A stretch of DNA of 39,671 nucleotides. Source: Candidatus Methanoperedens sp. GTDB lineage: Archaea > Halobacteriota > Methanosarcinia > Methanosarcinales > Methanoperedenaceae. A program made the translations under genes and the position numbers. This document shows positions 9,242-19,860 of this stretch, in pieces. The stretch is taken from assembly GCA_027460605.1 (NCBI GenBank), contig JAPZAN010000207.1, positions 1 to 39,671 of the forward strand, written 5' to 3'. A model generated the notes under the pieces. It was not told the DNA's origin, made no database searches, and saw only the letters and a program-made list of their open reading frames with translations. Positions within the stretch are counted from its first letter, which is position 1; each line of letters opens with the position of its first letter.

Positions 9242-10231
9242 ATGACTCCTAAAGTTTCTGTTATCATACCTTTATATAATAAAGGAAATTGTGTAGAACG
9301 GACATTGAGATCCATATTAAAGCAAACATACCAGGATTTCGAGATTATTGTAGTTGATGATGGTTCTACAGATAATGGTCCAGAAATCGTAAAAAAATTT
9401 ATAGACCCACGTATCAACTTGATTCAACAGGATAATAGAGGGCCTGGTGCTGCTAGAAATATTGGATTAACACACACTAAAGGGGAATATGTAGTTTTTT
9501 TAGATGCTGATGACGAATGGTTACCAGAATTTCTACAAAGAGGTTTAGATTTTTTAACGAATAATAAAGGTGTTGCTACGATTTCATCAGGGTATTACGA
9601 TACAGGAATAGATAATTATGAATTAAACAAAATATGGGATCGAAAAAACGTTAAAAATGGAATATATGAATTATCTAAAAATACACAATCTGAAATAGCT
9701 ATATGGCTTATTGCTTATATGATTCCATGTACGACATTTGCAAAAAAAAATATAATAAAAAAATATGGAGGATTTTTTGATAAAAATAGGTGTTTATATG
9801 GTGAAGATGCCCATCTTTGGTTAAAAATTCTATTGAATGAAAAAATTGGAATATCTCGAGAAAAACTGGTTATCATTCATAGAGATGATTCAAGTTTAAG
9901 TAGCAATCTGCAAGGGGTACATCCGATACCGCCTTTATTAATATATAACGATAGTATAGATGTTTTTTGTCCTATTGAAAAAAAAAATCTTCTAAAGAAT
10001 ATTCTTGCAATTTATGCAAGTAGGGAATCAAAATATTATGCAATTTTCGGTCAAAAAATCGAGGCAGCAAGCTTATTGAAAAAATTCTGTTCCGTTAATA
10101 AACCAAGAGAATATTATAATGCTAAATTTGTAATATATTTCTCATTTATTATTCCATATATGAGGCCAATATGGAGAAAATTAAGAAATTTTAGTGGTAC
10201 TTGGTTAGATTTCTTGAAAATATATTCTTGA
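9242..10231 (+). CDS. GT2 glycosyltransferase
   Basis: VSVIIPLYN, VVDDGSTD, GAARNIG, FLDADD. Confidence 0.9.
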   Translation: MTPKVSVIIPLYNKGNCVERTLRSILKQTYQDFEIIVVDDGSTDNGPEIVKKFIDPRINLIQQDNRGPGAARNIGLTHTKGEYVVFLDADDEWLPEFLQRGLDFLTNNKGVATISSGYYDTGIDNYELNKIWDRKNVKNGIYELSKNTQSEIAIWLIAYMIPCTTFAKKNIIKKYGGFFDKNRCLYGEDAHLWLKILLNEKIGISREKLVIIHRDDSSLSSNLQGVHPIPPLLIYNDSIDVFCPIEKKNLLKNILAIYASRESKYYAIFGQKIEAASLLKKFCSVNKPREYYNAKFVIYFSFIIPYMRPIWRKLRNFSGTWLDFLKIYS

Positions 10232-10301
10232 CATTTTGGAGAAATGTAACCGAGAAATTTGTTCTGATATAGTTCTGAGAACTTTGTATTTAAGACCAAC
10301 T

Positions 10302-11180
10302 TTACAAAAATCTTATCTTTGTGATTGCACTAGTCATACCTAAAATCAATTTGTAGATTCTCTCTATTAAAAACCCTATTAACATCAAATATAGTCCCTG
10401 TTTTAATTTATAATTTTCTTTAAGAAAAGGATAGAATTTTTTTAAAAAATAGTGATTATTTTTAATAGTCCAATACTCATAGAACAATCGATTCATTTTC
10501 CATTGCCCCCCCTTATTTACTTTTTGTCTTGGAAGATGATAACATATAGCATGTGGACAAAAGATTATTTTAAATCCACTTTTTAATGCAGAGATTTGAG
10601 GGTCTGTCTCTTCTCGGTATCCATTTCCACCATAATTTTTATCGTATATTATTACATCAAATATTTGTTTTCGTGCTAAATAACATGCATGTACAAATGG
10701 AACTTCTGTATCCTGATTCGTTTTTATGCTAAAGTTCCCTTCAAATCGTTCAAAATCAATAAGAGGCTTATGAATTTTATCGCATCTAGTTATAGATTCA
10801 TCGTCACTTTCTTTTTCTGATTTATAAATAATACGGCCAGCAATAATATCGGCGTTATTCTTTTTCATACACTCTATTAATTGTTGAGAATAATTGCCAT
10901 CAAAATAAACATCGTCCTCACCAAATAAAATTAAATCGCATTTTGAATAAGTAATTCCAGTCCTTTTTGCGAATGCAGCCCCTTTTTGGACATCGTGTTT
11001 TATATAAAATAGATTAGGGTATTTATTTTGAAGGCACTTTATATTTTCTTCAGTCGAATCTGTACTAGCATCATCTACTATTATTATTTCATTTACAAAT
11101 TTTTGCTTAAGATACGTAGGAAGTGTTTTCTCTAAAACAATTGCTCTATTATATGTTGGTATTATTATACTAATTTTCAT
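10302..11180 (-). CDS. GT2 glycosyltransferase
   Basis: ISIIIPTYNR, IVDDASTD, GEDD, YREETD. Confidence 0.88.
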   Translation of the reverse strand: MKISIIIPTYNRAIVLEKTLPTYLKQKFVNEIIIVDDASTDSTEENIKCLQNKYPNLFYIKHDVQKGAAFAKRTGITYSKCDLILFGEDDVYFDGNYSQQLIECMKKNNADIIAGRIIYKSEKESDDESITRCDKIHKPLIDFERFEGNFSIKTNQDTEVPFVHACYLARKQIFDVIIYDKNYGGNGYREETDPQISALKSGFKIIFCPHAICYHLPRQKVNKGGQWKMNRLFYEYWTIKNNHYFLKKFYPFLKENYKLKQGLYLMLIGFLIERIYKLILGMTSAITKIRFL

Positions 11181-11241
11181 ATCATTGTAATATAGATAAA
11201 ATATAGAAAATCGGCTACTTCATAAAAAATCATTAAAAAAT

Positions 11242-13341
11242 TCATCGATAATATACCTGTGCTCCTCCATTGACATAAATCTTGTTTGTATTATTTAGAT
11301 AATCAGAAGTGAAATCCATTTTCACACTTTTTCCGTATTTAGCAATAATATTTTCTTTTATATTTAACGTCCCAAAGTACATATAAGATTTCGCTTCAAT
11401 TTTGAAGTCATCTGGTAAAATTCTCCATTCCCCAGAGAATCTTCTTAATAAAACTTGTCTATAAAAATCAGCATACACATGATTATCATTTTTTGTATTA
11501 TATAACCAGGTAGCGCCAAAAACTTCTTGTTCGTTAAATCGAGGACCATCGATTGTGCTATTCAACGCAATTGACATAGGAGTATCTTTTGCAACCTCAT
11601 AAATAAAACCTGAATTAAACAATAAAAATATTATAATAAATATAGAAATTATTTTTAGGGAATTTCTATCTGTACAGGATTTCTTAAATATTTTGCTAAT
11701 CGCCTTAAAAAAGATAATTCCACCAATCACTCCGAATGGTGCCAAAAAGATAAGTGCTATGTGGTATAGCCTTGATGTATTTAGTGTACCCGCAAAATAT
11801 GGAATTGTTACACCAGCGAGTAACATTATAAAATTTAATACACAAAACATAACATATTTGGTTTCAAATTTCATTTTTCCATTTTTGAAAAATAAGCTAA
11901 GAATTCCAACCGAAATAAATAATTGGGCTATTAAATGAACATATTTACCTAATTCATGTAATAGTGAAGGAGTTTTTAATAATATTAGAGATGCTCCTTG
12001 TACATATTTAGGGTTTAAAAAATCTTCGGAGATGCTACCTGTAATTTTGTCGAGTAATGTTACAATGGTATAGAATGAAGAAGAGCTTGAGGTGTACATA
12101 TACCATGTAATAAGAAATGCGAAATTCAACAAAACAAAATTAAATGTGATTGAGTTTATTATTTTCTTATGCCTATAATGAATATTTAAGTAAAGCAGAA
12201 ACCAAACCCCAATGAGTAAAGCAAAATAGATATACGATAGTCCATAATGTGATACATACAGCGAGAAGGAAAATATGATAGCTAATATTGATTTTTTTAA
12301 TTTGTTCATATTCTTATCAATCATTAAAAGTATCAATAGGACAAGGAAAAATTCTGCAATTTGCTGTCTTGCAAGTGCTAACATCTCCATGTAGAATACA
12401 AATAATGACATGAAGAAAAAACACCCCAAAAATGCAATTTTATCATTAGTCTGTTTTTGAAATACCCGGTATAAACCAACCGGTACTAAAGAAAAAATAA
12501 AGGGATAAAATATTTTAAATATCCAAATAAGATTCATACTTGATATAGCAGAGAAAATTGGCGCAATCATAATAATAGAAAGCATGCCATTTACACTGGA
12601 GGGGATTGTCGAATCCCATATTGATTTAGTTAAAACAATATTAGAAAAATAATATTCGGTTTGAATATCCCATCCCCATATATACTTCGAGATTAGAGAT
12701 CCATGAAATAAAAGAGATATTCCGATTACAAAAACAGTCAGAGGATATAACTTCTTTGGAATGAAGGTATCATATCCGATTAAAAGGCCAATTGCAGAAA
12801 TTATAGCAATCATTAGCAATAAAAGAATGTTATTTTGATGGAAATTGACGAAATAGGTACCAAATACTGCTAGGAAAGGAATCAGAATTAAAAATAATAC
12901 TGGAAGTGAGAAAACTTCTTTAATATTTATAAAACTGGGACTGAAGAAGTCTTTATCTCTCAGATAGCTTAATATGCAGAATACTGAGATAATCACACTT
13001 ATTGTGAATATCAAAGGTATAGTAGAAATTGGTTTATCTATGCCGAAAAAAGGATATATCCAATTAATTGAGGAACCAACTATAAATAAAGTCGAAATGC
13101 TTAATCCAACAGTATATAATAGTGTCTCAATATTTCCGAGTTTATGTAATTTTAGAACCCGTAGAATTAGAATTCCTGGTAAGAATGTAAGATAGATGAA
13201 GCCAACGATTTGTCTTAGGATTGGGAATGGCAAACCAATTGAATCTAAACCAATAGTACCCCACATTGCAAGTTGGATAGATAATATTACTTTGAGAAAC
13301 TTTTCAATTTTCCAATCGTTCATTTGTAAGGGATTTTGCAT
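11242..13341 (-). CDS. DUF2206-like polytopic membrane protein (possible GT-C fold)
   Basis: 699 aa with many TM helices; GFIYLTFLPG, GWDIQTEYY, ARQQIAE and C-terminal NKIYVNGGAQVY motifs as recalled for archaeal DUF2206 proteins in glycan clusters. Confidence 0.75.
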   Translation of the reverse strand: MQNPLQMNDWKIEKFLKVILSIQLAMWGTIGLDSIGLPFPILRQIVGFIYLTFLPGILILRVLKLHKLGNIETLLYTVGLSISTLFIVGSSINWIYPFFGIDKPISTIPLIFTISVIISVFCILSYLRDKDFFSPSFINIKEVFSLPVLFLILIPFLAVFGTYFVNFHQNNILLLLMIAIISAIGLLIGYDTFIPKKLYPLTVFVIGISLLFHGSLISKYIWGWDIQTEYYFSNIVLTKSIWDSTIPSSVNGMLSIIMIAPIFSAISSMNLIWIFKIFYPFIFSLVPVGLYRVFQKQTNDKIAFLGCFFFMSLFVFYMEMLALARQQIAEFFLVLLILLMIDKNMNKLKKSILAIIFSFSLYVSHYGLSYIYFALLIGVWFLLYLNIHYRHKKIINSITFNFVLLNFAFLITWYMYTSSSSSFYTIVTLLDKITGSISEDFLNPKYVQGASLILLKTPSLLHELGKYVHLIAQLFISVGILSLFFKNGKMKFETKYVMFCVLNFIMLLAGVTIPYFAGTLNTSRLYHIALIFLAPFGVIGGIIFFKAISKIFKKSCTDRNSLKIISIFIIIFLLFNSGFIYEVAKDTPMSIALNSTIDGPRFNEQEVFGATWLYNTKNDNHVYADFYRQVLLRRFSGEWRILPDDFKIEAKSYMYFGTLNIKENIIAKYGKSVKMDFTSDYLNNTNKIYVNGGAQVYYR

Positions 13342-13348
13342 AATTTTT

Positions 13349-14545
13349 TTAGTCTCTAGAAATATTATCTATCTGTTCTAATTCCTTATAAATTTCCAAA
13401 TATCCCTTCAAAACAACATTCCAATCCAGTTTTTCTTTTGCTAATTTTTTTCCATTTTCATTCAATCTTTTACGCAATTGGCTATCATTGATCAATTTGT
13501 ATGTTTTTTCTATGAAATCATCTTTAGCATCTTTGGCGATAATGATATTTTCACCATCGCTTATTGGCAATCCTTCGGCTCCAACTTTTGTAGATACTGT
13601 TGGAATACCTAATGCCAAATATTCTATTATTTTAAGTCTTGTCCCTGATCCCGCTATGAGAGGTACGATACCAATATCTCCCATACTTAGGTGTATTGGT
13701 AATTCCCCGAAGGGTATTTCAGGTAATTCAATAATTTTACTACCAATATTTAAAGAACGTCCCGGTCCGATTAATAATAACTTGAGGTTTTTCTGAATTT
13801 TATTTAGGTTTGGAAAAATAAATTCCTTGGATAATTTGTTTGCAATTAGATTTGGGAGATACGAAAGAGTTCCATGAAAAATGAGAACAATATCTTCTTT
13901 TTTTATTCCGTATTTTTTTCTTAATCTCTCTTTGTCCTCATTTGTAATCTGATATCTACCATAATCTATTCCATTTGGAATTACCTTTATCGGACTTATT
14001 ACACCAATTTTTCTTAATTCTTCTTTATCTTTGTCAGAAACTGTACTGATGAAATTTGCAAAATTACAGACATTTCGTTCAATTAATTTTATATTACTAC
14101 CCGATACATTACCCTCTTCAAGTAATCTGATGGATTCCACATTATGTTCCGATATTATAAATGGAATATTAAATTTCTTACAAATCCTTGAAACTTGGAA
14201 AGCAACATGTATAAATTCAGCCTGTACAATATCTGGTCGAATTTTAACGACAATTTTTTCAATGTCCCGTTTTACAAGAGGATTATAAATCCACCCCAAT
14301 GTCAAGAAACCTAATTTGCTTAATATGCTGGCTGTTAGATATGTAATTTTTGAAAACGTATATGCTTTTGCACCGCTATATTTTTCAACTATATCAAGGC
14401 CAATTTTATTTGTTCTGTTACCAATTATATGTACTTCAAAACCATTTTGTGAGAGAAACTTTAATTCTTCGATAACTCGAAGGATGCCTCCATGTGAAAT
14501 TGGATATAATGAATGAACCATCACAATTAGAATTTTTTTTTTCAT
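13349..14545 (-). CDS. GT4 glycosyltransferase
   Basis: SEHNVE, IPNGID, GSGTRLKIIEYLALGIPTVST. Confidence 0.88.
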   Translation of the reverse strand: MKKKILIVMVHSLYPISHGGILRVIEELKFLSQNGFEVHIIGNRTNKIGLDIVEKYSGAKAYTFSKITYLTASILSKLGFLTLGWIYNPLVKRDIEKIVVKIRPDIVQAEFIHVAFQVSRICKKFNIPFIISEHNVESIRLLEEGNVSGSNIKLIERNVCNFANFISTVSDKDKEELRKIGVISPIKVIPNGIDYGRYQITNEDKERLRKKYGIKKEDIVLIFHGTLSYLPNLIANKLSKEFIFPNLNKIQKNLKLLLIGPGRSLNIGSKIIELPEIPFGELPIHLSMGDIGIVPLIAGSGTRLKIIEYLALGIPTVSTKVGAEGLPISDGENIIIAKDAKDDFIEKTYKLINDSQLRKRLNENGKKLAKEKLDWNVVLKGYLEIYKELEQIDNISRD

Positions 14546-14556
14546 TATTCTCTCTT

Positions 14557-15756
14557 TTAATTTCCTTTTAACTTGACCAACATCTTGTTGATTTCAGCCT
14601 GGACACATTCTTCACTGTACCTTGTTCTAACTAAATCTAATGCATTTCTACCGATTATATCCCTCTTATTATTGTCTCTTGCTAAATCCAGAATAGCATC
14701 TATAAACTTTTGATTAACTGTATCGATGATAATGGCATGTTTGCCATTCTGTAAATTTATCCCTTCGATTCCATTTTTGGTTGAAATAATAGGTAATCCG
14801 GCGGCCATATAATCAAATATTTTTATTTTAATACCCGACCCCCCATTGAAGGGCACAATCGCAATATCTGAGTGTTTCAAAAGATTTGGTATATCTTCAA
14901 CAAATCCCAAAGATTTAATATTTCGTCTCTCAAACACTGGTGCATCAGTGCCAGCCAATAGAAATTTAATATTACGATTGTATTTCTCAACCTCAGGAGC
15001 AATATAATCTATAATCTGCATAAATGCTTTATAATTAACAGGATGGTCTTTATAAGACCCGTGAAATACAACGGTAATAATATTATTCGCTATTGTTTCT
15101 TCTCTTTCTAATGCAAAATTGTTGAGTTCGGTCAAGCTCATACAATGAGGGATTACGGTAATTTTATTTTTTTCTATATTATAATGTTTTATAAGTTTTT
15201 GCTTATCCGATTCGCTGATGGCAATAATATGGCTTGACCTATTACAAGCCAGTTGTTCCAATATGATTAAATATTTACTGAATATTGACCCAACTATTCT
15301 ACCAATGGCACTACCAATGAAATTATTTTTTAATATATTAAAAGTATTAATAAAATGCATCGATACTAATTTCGGTGATGTCCCTCTTATAACAAACTCA
15401 GCACCATAAATTATTGGAACATTTCTGCAAAAAAAACTTGCTGAAATCACACCATACGGTAACGTGATAAATATAAAATCAATTTTTTCCTTTTTAATAA
15501 TTCTTCTAATTTTAATAATATAATCAAAATTAAAATCTGTGAAAACCGCCAAATAATTTTTAAATATTGACAATTGCCTAAATTGGTACGTACTCATAAT
15601 ATTTACATTAGCAGATTTATTTTGTTCAGTAAGAGGGGACAAGAAAATCAAGTTGTTTTTATTTGAAAATAATTTAAATAATTTAACGAGTCTAGCTTTC
15701 GTGCCAGTATCCTTAAGAACAACATTAGGATTTGTGTAGATAACTAAAATTTTCAT
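14557..15756 (-). CDS. GT4 glycosyltransferase
   Basis: DIAIVP, GSGIKIKIFDYMAAGLPIIST; similar to the adjacent GT4. Confidence 0.88.
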   Translation of the reverse strand: MKILVIYTNPNVVLKDTGTKARLVKLFKLFSNKNNLIFLSPLTEQNKSANVNIMSTYQFRQLSIFKNYLAVFTDFNFDYIIKIRRIIKKEKIDFIFITLPYGVISASFFCRNVPIIYGAEFVIRGTSPKLVSMHFINTFNILKNNFIGSAIGRIVGSIFSKYLIILEQLACNRSSHIIAISESDKQKLIKHYNIEKNKITVIPHCMSLTELNNFALEREETIANNIITVVFHGSYKDHPVNYKAFMQIIDYIAPEVEKYNRNIKFLLAGTDAPVFERRNIKSLGFVEDIPNLLKHSDIAIVPFNGGSGIKIKIFDYMAAGLPIISTKNGIEGINLQNGKHAIIIDTVNQKFIDAILDLARDNNKRDIIGRNALDLVRTRYSEECVQAEINKMLVKLKGN

Positions 15757-16928
15757 GATAGATCGGATTCTAATGCTTCATCAAAAATCTCTTTTAACTT
15801 GTTGTTCCTAAAATCAATTGAAAATTTCCCAATTTCAATTTCTTGCCTACCCTGAAATCCCATTCTTCTTCTTATTCTTTCGTTTTCTATCAGAATTCCA
15901 GTCTTCTCAACAAGTTCATTTACTACCGCTGAATCGGTAGCATTTTTGATAATTTCTAAGGTTTTTTGCTCACTCCAATTTGGAATAAAATTATTTATGT
16001 AATAATTTATTTTTTTTGATTTTTTAATTAAAAACCCTGTTTTGCCATCACTAACCATTTCTGGGTTAGCCCACACATCTGTTGTTATGACTGGTAATTC
16101 ATAACTCATTGCTTCTAGAATTACCATTCCCGGTGTATTATGAGAGGGAAATAAAAAAATGTCTGCAGATTTAAATTCCTTTTCGAGTTCTTCCCATTGG
16201 ATTATTTCGTCGATTATCTGAATATTTTTTATTTGCTTAAACTTCTCCTTAATGTGCTTCGGAACATACGAACGGATAACCAGCTCCAGATTATCATATC
16301 TGTTATTTAGTCGCAAAAACGACTCTAATACTTCCTTTCCACCCTTAATATCAAAATCTTTTGGAATATTGATTGAAGCAACAAAAAGAAGTTTTATTTT
16401 ATCTTTGTTAAATTGTTTGTCAAAATTCTTTTTATGCATCGCGAGATGGACTGTTTCTACTTTATTCAAAATTTTTTTATCCTTTATTGTTAAAAAAATT
16501 GTTTTTTTTCCGGCATCCGTCCATGGCATTATTTTCTTACAATTTTCAGATCTCAATACCTTTTCGATAATTCGCTGATATCTTTTTAAATGTCCGTAAT
16601 TATATCCTGCAAGATGTGTTACAAATTCTAAATCGACAACCCAAGGCTCTTTCCTGAAAATTAAATGGCCGGAAGAATATGTTAAATTTATGTCTTTAGG
16701 TAATTTTTTAAATTTATCGAAATAAGCTTTTGCAAGATTTACTGGAATTATTTTAGCTAATACATTTTTCTGAAAGGAATATAAAAAATCTATCTCCGAT
16801 ATGAATTTTGAGGTCTTTTCCCAGGTTTCATTTTTTGTAACAAACTCATATCCATATGGGGGATAATTTATTAATTCATTATACAATGAATGTTTTTTCC
16901 CAGCAATATCCAAATATATTTTTTTCAT
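15753..16928 (-). CDS. GT4 glycosyltransferase
   Basis: KGG, ADIFLFPS, GMVILEAMSYELPVITTD, DGKTGFLI. Confidence 0.88.
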   Translation of the reverse strand: MKKIYLDIAGKKHSLYNELINYPPYGYEFVTKNETWEKTSKFISEIDFLYSFQKNVLAKIIPVNLAKAYFDKFKKLPKDINLTYSSGHLIFRKEPWVVDLEFVTHLAGYNYGHLKRYQRIIEKVLRSENCKKIMPWTDAGKKTIFLTIKDKKILNKVETVHLAMHKKNFDKQFNKDKIKLLFVASINIPKDFDIKGGKEVLESFLRLNNRYDNLELVIRSYVPKHIKEKFKQIKNIQIIDEIIQWEELEKEFKSADIFLFPSHNTPGMVILEAMSYELPVITTDVWANPEMVSDGKTGFLIKKSKKINYYINNFIPNWSEQKTLEIIKNATDSAVVNELVEKTGILIENERIRRRMGFQGRQEIEIGKFSIDFRNNKLKEIFDEALESDLS

Positions 16929-17629
16929 TGTTTTTCCTTTTGTGCATTTATCAATGCAATCGAAGTCATTCCTACAAATTCGGATTTTGTATTTTCAGCT
17001 ATTACTTCTGCTTCACTTACACTGGCTGGAGACCAGATATTTGTCCTTTTTACTATGTATGATAGTTCCAAAATTCTTAATCCAGATAATAACTCATTTA
17101 ATGAATGGGGGCTATATACTCGATGTAAAGGCACTCGATCTCTTGAGTAGCAAATTGTATCTATGCCACAAGGAATTGTAAGAATAATTTTTCCACCAGG
17201 TTTAACAATTCTTTTTAACTCTTCCATTGCTTTTTTATCGCCATTAGGGGAGATTGGGTCCCCATAACGTCCAAGACCCACATGCTCTATAGTAGATACA
17301 GCGCTAACTATATCGAAAAAATCATTATCAAATGGTAGATGTTCTAAACTGCTCTGAATAAAATAAAAATCTTGGTTGTGATAAGGACAAGCATCAATGC
17401 CATAAACTTCATGACCTGTTTTTGCAAGTTTAATAGGTAGTTTTGTTCCGGCGCAACCAACATCCAATATCCTTAGTTTTTTATCAGACCTAATATTTGA
17501 ATATATGAATTGGTATTCAATTAGCCTTGCTTCAAAAGAAAGCCTAGGTATTATGTAAGTTGCTTTTGCTATTTTTTTGAGTGCTTTTAATGTTAAATCG
17601 TTGTACCAAGTCACTTTACTACCTTCCAT
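16925..17629 (-). CDS. Class I SAM-dependent methyltransferase (DUF268-like)
   Basis: ILDVGCAG, LPFDNDFFD, EHVGLGRYGDP, RIVKPGG. Confidence 0.8.
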   Translation of the reverse strand: MEGSKVTWYNDLTLKALKKIAKATYIIPRLSFEARLIEYQFIYSNIRSDKKLRILDVGCAGTKLPIKLAKTGHEVYGIDACPYHNQDFYFIQSSLEHLPFDNDFFDIVSAVSTIEHVGLGRYGDPISPNGDKKAMEELKRIVKPGGKIILTIPCGIDTICYSRDRVPLHRVYSPHSLNELLSGLRILELSYIVKRTNIWSPASVSEAEVIAENTKSEFVGMTSIALINAQKEKQ

Positions 17630-17700
17630 ATAATCAGGTTTGAGAAATATTAGCCAATTGTCTTAAAATATTAAAATTCATAAAAATCAATCCCATTGTC

Positions 17701-18690
17701 TTATCTCAGCAACCCTTTCCAAAACCCTATTGTATACAGTCCATGTTCAAACATATAAATAATGGGGACGGAAATAAAATATTTAAAATTTCTTTCCTGC
17801 ATCACAAACTTCACACCCATTATTATTAAAATAATAGCATATATTACAAGCATACTTAAAAATAACCATCGTGTAAAAACTAGTGATATCAGCAAAAAAA
17901 GAACAAGTATTGGAGGAATTACTTGCAAATCCCATAAACGTCCCTTTGCTCTCCCATATCCATATTGGTACATTCTCTTTCCAAAATCTTTTAAACCTCT
18001 CTGGTGGTTATGTGATATGATTGCATGTGGTGTGTAGAGCAATTTACCTAAAGTTGAAAGCTTATTATTTATTTCTGTATCTTCAGCTGTAGATAAATTT
18101 ATATCAAACCCACCGACCTTCAATAGGTCTTCCCTTCGATACATACTATTACATCCACTTATGCTGTTCACATACCTCTTATCTTTGAAGAATCTACCCT
18201 GTATTGAGTTAGCACTACCAAGAAAGGTCTCCATCGCGAGATTGATTGACTTCTCCCATAGGTTTTCGCCTATGTTTTTTATACTTCCACCAACACCTGC
18301 TATACCAGGATTGAATTCTTTTATGAGGTTCTCAAGCCAGTCCTTCTGTGGTATGCAATCAGCATCTGTAAACGCAACGAATTCCCCGTTCGCATTCTCA
18401 ACACCAATTTGACATGCACCAGCCCTTGTGTGGTAAATCTCATAGAACACTTTTAATGAAAATTTTTTTGCGTTCTCCACCGTTTTATCTGATGAATGTC
18501 CGTCAACTACTATCACTTCATGCGGTTTAACTGTCTGGCTAAAAATAGCTTCAAGGCATCTATTAATTTTTTTTTCTTCGTTTTTTACTGGAATTATAAC
18601 TGAGATTTTTTTTAATCTCATCTTATCAAATCCTTTCAATAAATCTTCTCTACTGGGCAGGATATTTTTCATAATTATATAATCCACCAT
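17701..18690 (-). CDS. GT2 glycosyltransferase with C-terminal TM helices
   Basis: ISVIIPVKNEE, VDGHSSD, FTDADC, AEDTE and hydrophobic C-terminus. True start may be ATG 18621. Confidence 0.88.
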   Translation of the reverse strand: MVDYIIMKNILPSREDLLKGFDKMRLKKISVIIPVKNEEKKINRCLEAIFSQTVKPHEVIVVDGHSSDKTVENAKKFSLKVFYEIYHTRAGACQIGVENANGEFVAFTDADCIPQKDWLENLIKEFNPGIAGVGGSIKNIGENLWEKSINLAMETFLGSANSIQGRFFKDKRYVNSISGCNSMYRREDLLKVGGFDINLSTAEDTEINNKLSTLGKLLYTPHAIISHNHQRGLKDFGKRMYQYGYGRAKGRLWDLQVIPPILVLFLLISLVFTRWLFLSMLVIYAIILIIMGVKFVMQERNFKYFISVPIIYMFEHGLYTIGFWKGLLR

Positions 18691-18702
18691 TTTCTACAAC
18701 TG

Positions 18703-19830
18703 TCAATCTCTCCTTATGCGCATACCATTATATTGAATAACTTTCCGCTCATCCCCCATCCCACCTGACTTAATCACCCTTCCAATCCTCTCTGCCGCCT
18801 TCCCATCCCCGAACGGGTTATTCCATTTATTACCCCTCTCAAGCATGTCTCTCGCGCACTCTACTATATTCCCAGGCTCCGTCCCCGCAAGCACATTCGA
18901 CCCTACCTCAATAGTCTCAGGTCTCTCGGTATTGTCCCGCAGGGTCACGCAGGGTACGCCCAGGATGCAGGTCTCCTCCTGCACGCCCCCTGAATCAGTT
19001 AAAACAAGGCGCGCATTGCTCTCAAGCTGCAAGAAATCAAGAAAATCAACAGGATCTATCAATATGATGCTTCCGTTTATCTTTATCCCGAACTCCTGTA
19101 TCCTTTTTCTTGAGCGTGGATGGATGGGATATATCACAGGAATGTTAAATTCCTGGCTGAGCCTCTCAAGACCCGCAATAATCCCGGTAAACCTTACAGG
19201 GTCATCCACGTTCTCCTGCCTGTGCGCCGTGACAAGGAAATAATCCTGCTTGATATCCAGCTCATTCAATGTGTTTTTCTCTTTTGCGATTTTTAAATTT
19301 TGATGGACTGCATCCACAATCGTATTCCCGGTAACGAATATCCTGCTCTCAGGAATGCCTTCATGCAGCAATATATTTTTTGATTTTTCTGTAGGCGCGA
19401 AAAGGTAATCGGAAGAGTGGTCTGCCAGTACCCTGTTAATCTCCTCTGGCATCCGCCTGTCATAGCTCCGCAAGCCTGCCTCCACATGACCTACCTTGAT
19501 CCCGAGCTTAACAGCAGCAAGCGCCCCTGCCAGCACGGTGTTCGTATCGCCCTGCACCAGCACAGCATCAGGTTTTTCCATCATCAACACCTTTTCGATA
19601 CCTTCAAGCATCTTTCCTGTCTGTTCACCGTGCGCTCCCGAGCCGACATCCAGATTGTATTTTGCATCAGGCAGCCCCAACTGCTCGAAAAACACCATGT
19701 CCATATTGTAAGAATAATGCTGCCCCGTATGCAGGATAAAATGCTCAATATGTTTTCGCTCGCATTCCCGTATCACAGGAGACATTTTAATTATCTCAGG
19801 TCTGGTGCCAAGAATAATTGCGAAATTCAT
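18703..19830 (-). CDS. wecB: UDP-N-acetylglucosamine 2-epimerase (non-hydrolysing)
   Basis: GTRPEIIK, HTGQHY, VQGDTNT, HVEAGLRS, TDSGGVQEE, TERPE, NPFGDG. Confidence 0.95.
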   Translation of the reverse strand: MNFAIILGTRPEIIKMSPVIRECERKHIEHFILHTGQHYSYNMDMVFFEQLGLPDAKYNLDVGSGAHGEQTGKMLEGIEKVLMMEKPDAVLVQGDTNTVLAGALAAVKLGIKVGHVEAGLRSYDRRMPEEINRVLADHSSDYLFAPTEKSKNILLHEGIPESRIFVTGNTIVDAVHQNLKIAKEKNTLNELDIKQDYFLVTAHRQENVDDPVRFTGIIAGLERLSQEFNIPVIYPIHPRSRKRIQEFGIKINGSIILIDPVDFLDFLQLESNARLVLTDSGGVQEETCILGVPCVTLRDNTERPETIEVGSNVLAGTEPGNIVECARDMLERGNKWNNPFGDGKAAERIGRVIKSGGMGDERKVIQYNGMRIRRD

Positions 19831-19860
19831 TTTATCTCATAACTTTTGACGACATATCAT

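Noticed and set aside
18621-18660. REDLLKGFD in the GT2 leader echoing internal REDLLKVGGFD
   Set aside because: Short with imperfect DNA identity; cannot be distinguished from chance.
18703-19830. neuC completing a Neu5Ac pathway
   Set aside because: Motifs (GTRPE, TDSGGVQEE) are those of non-hydrolysing WecB, and it lies in the opposite-strand block.
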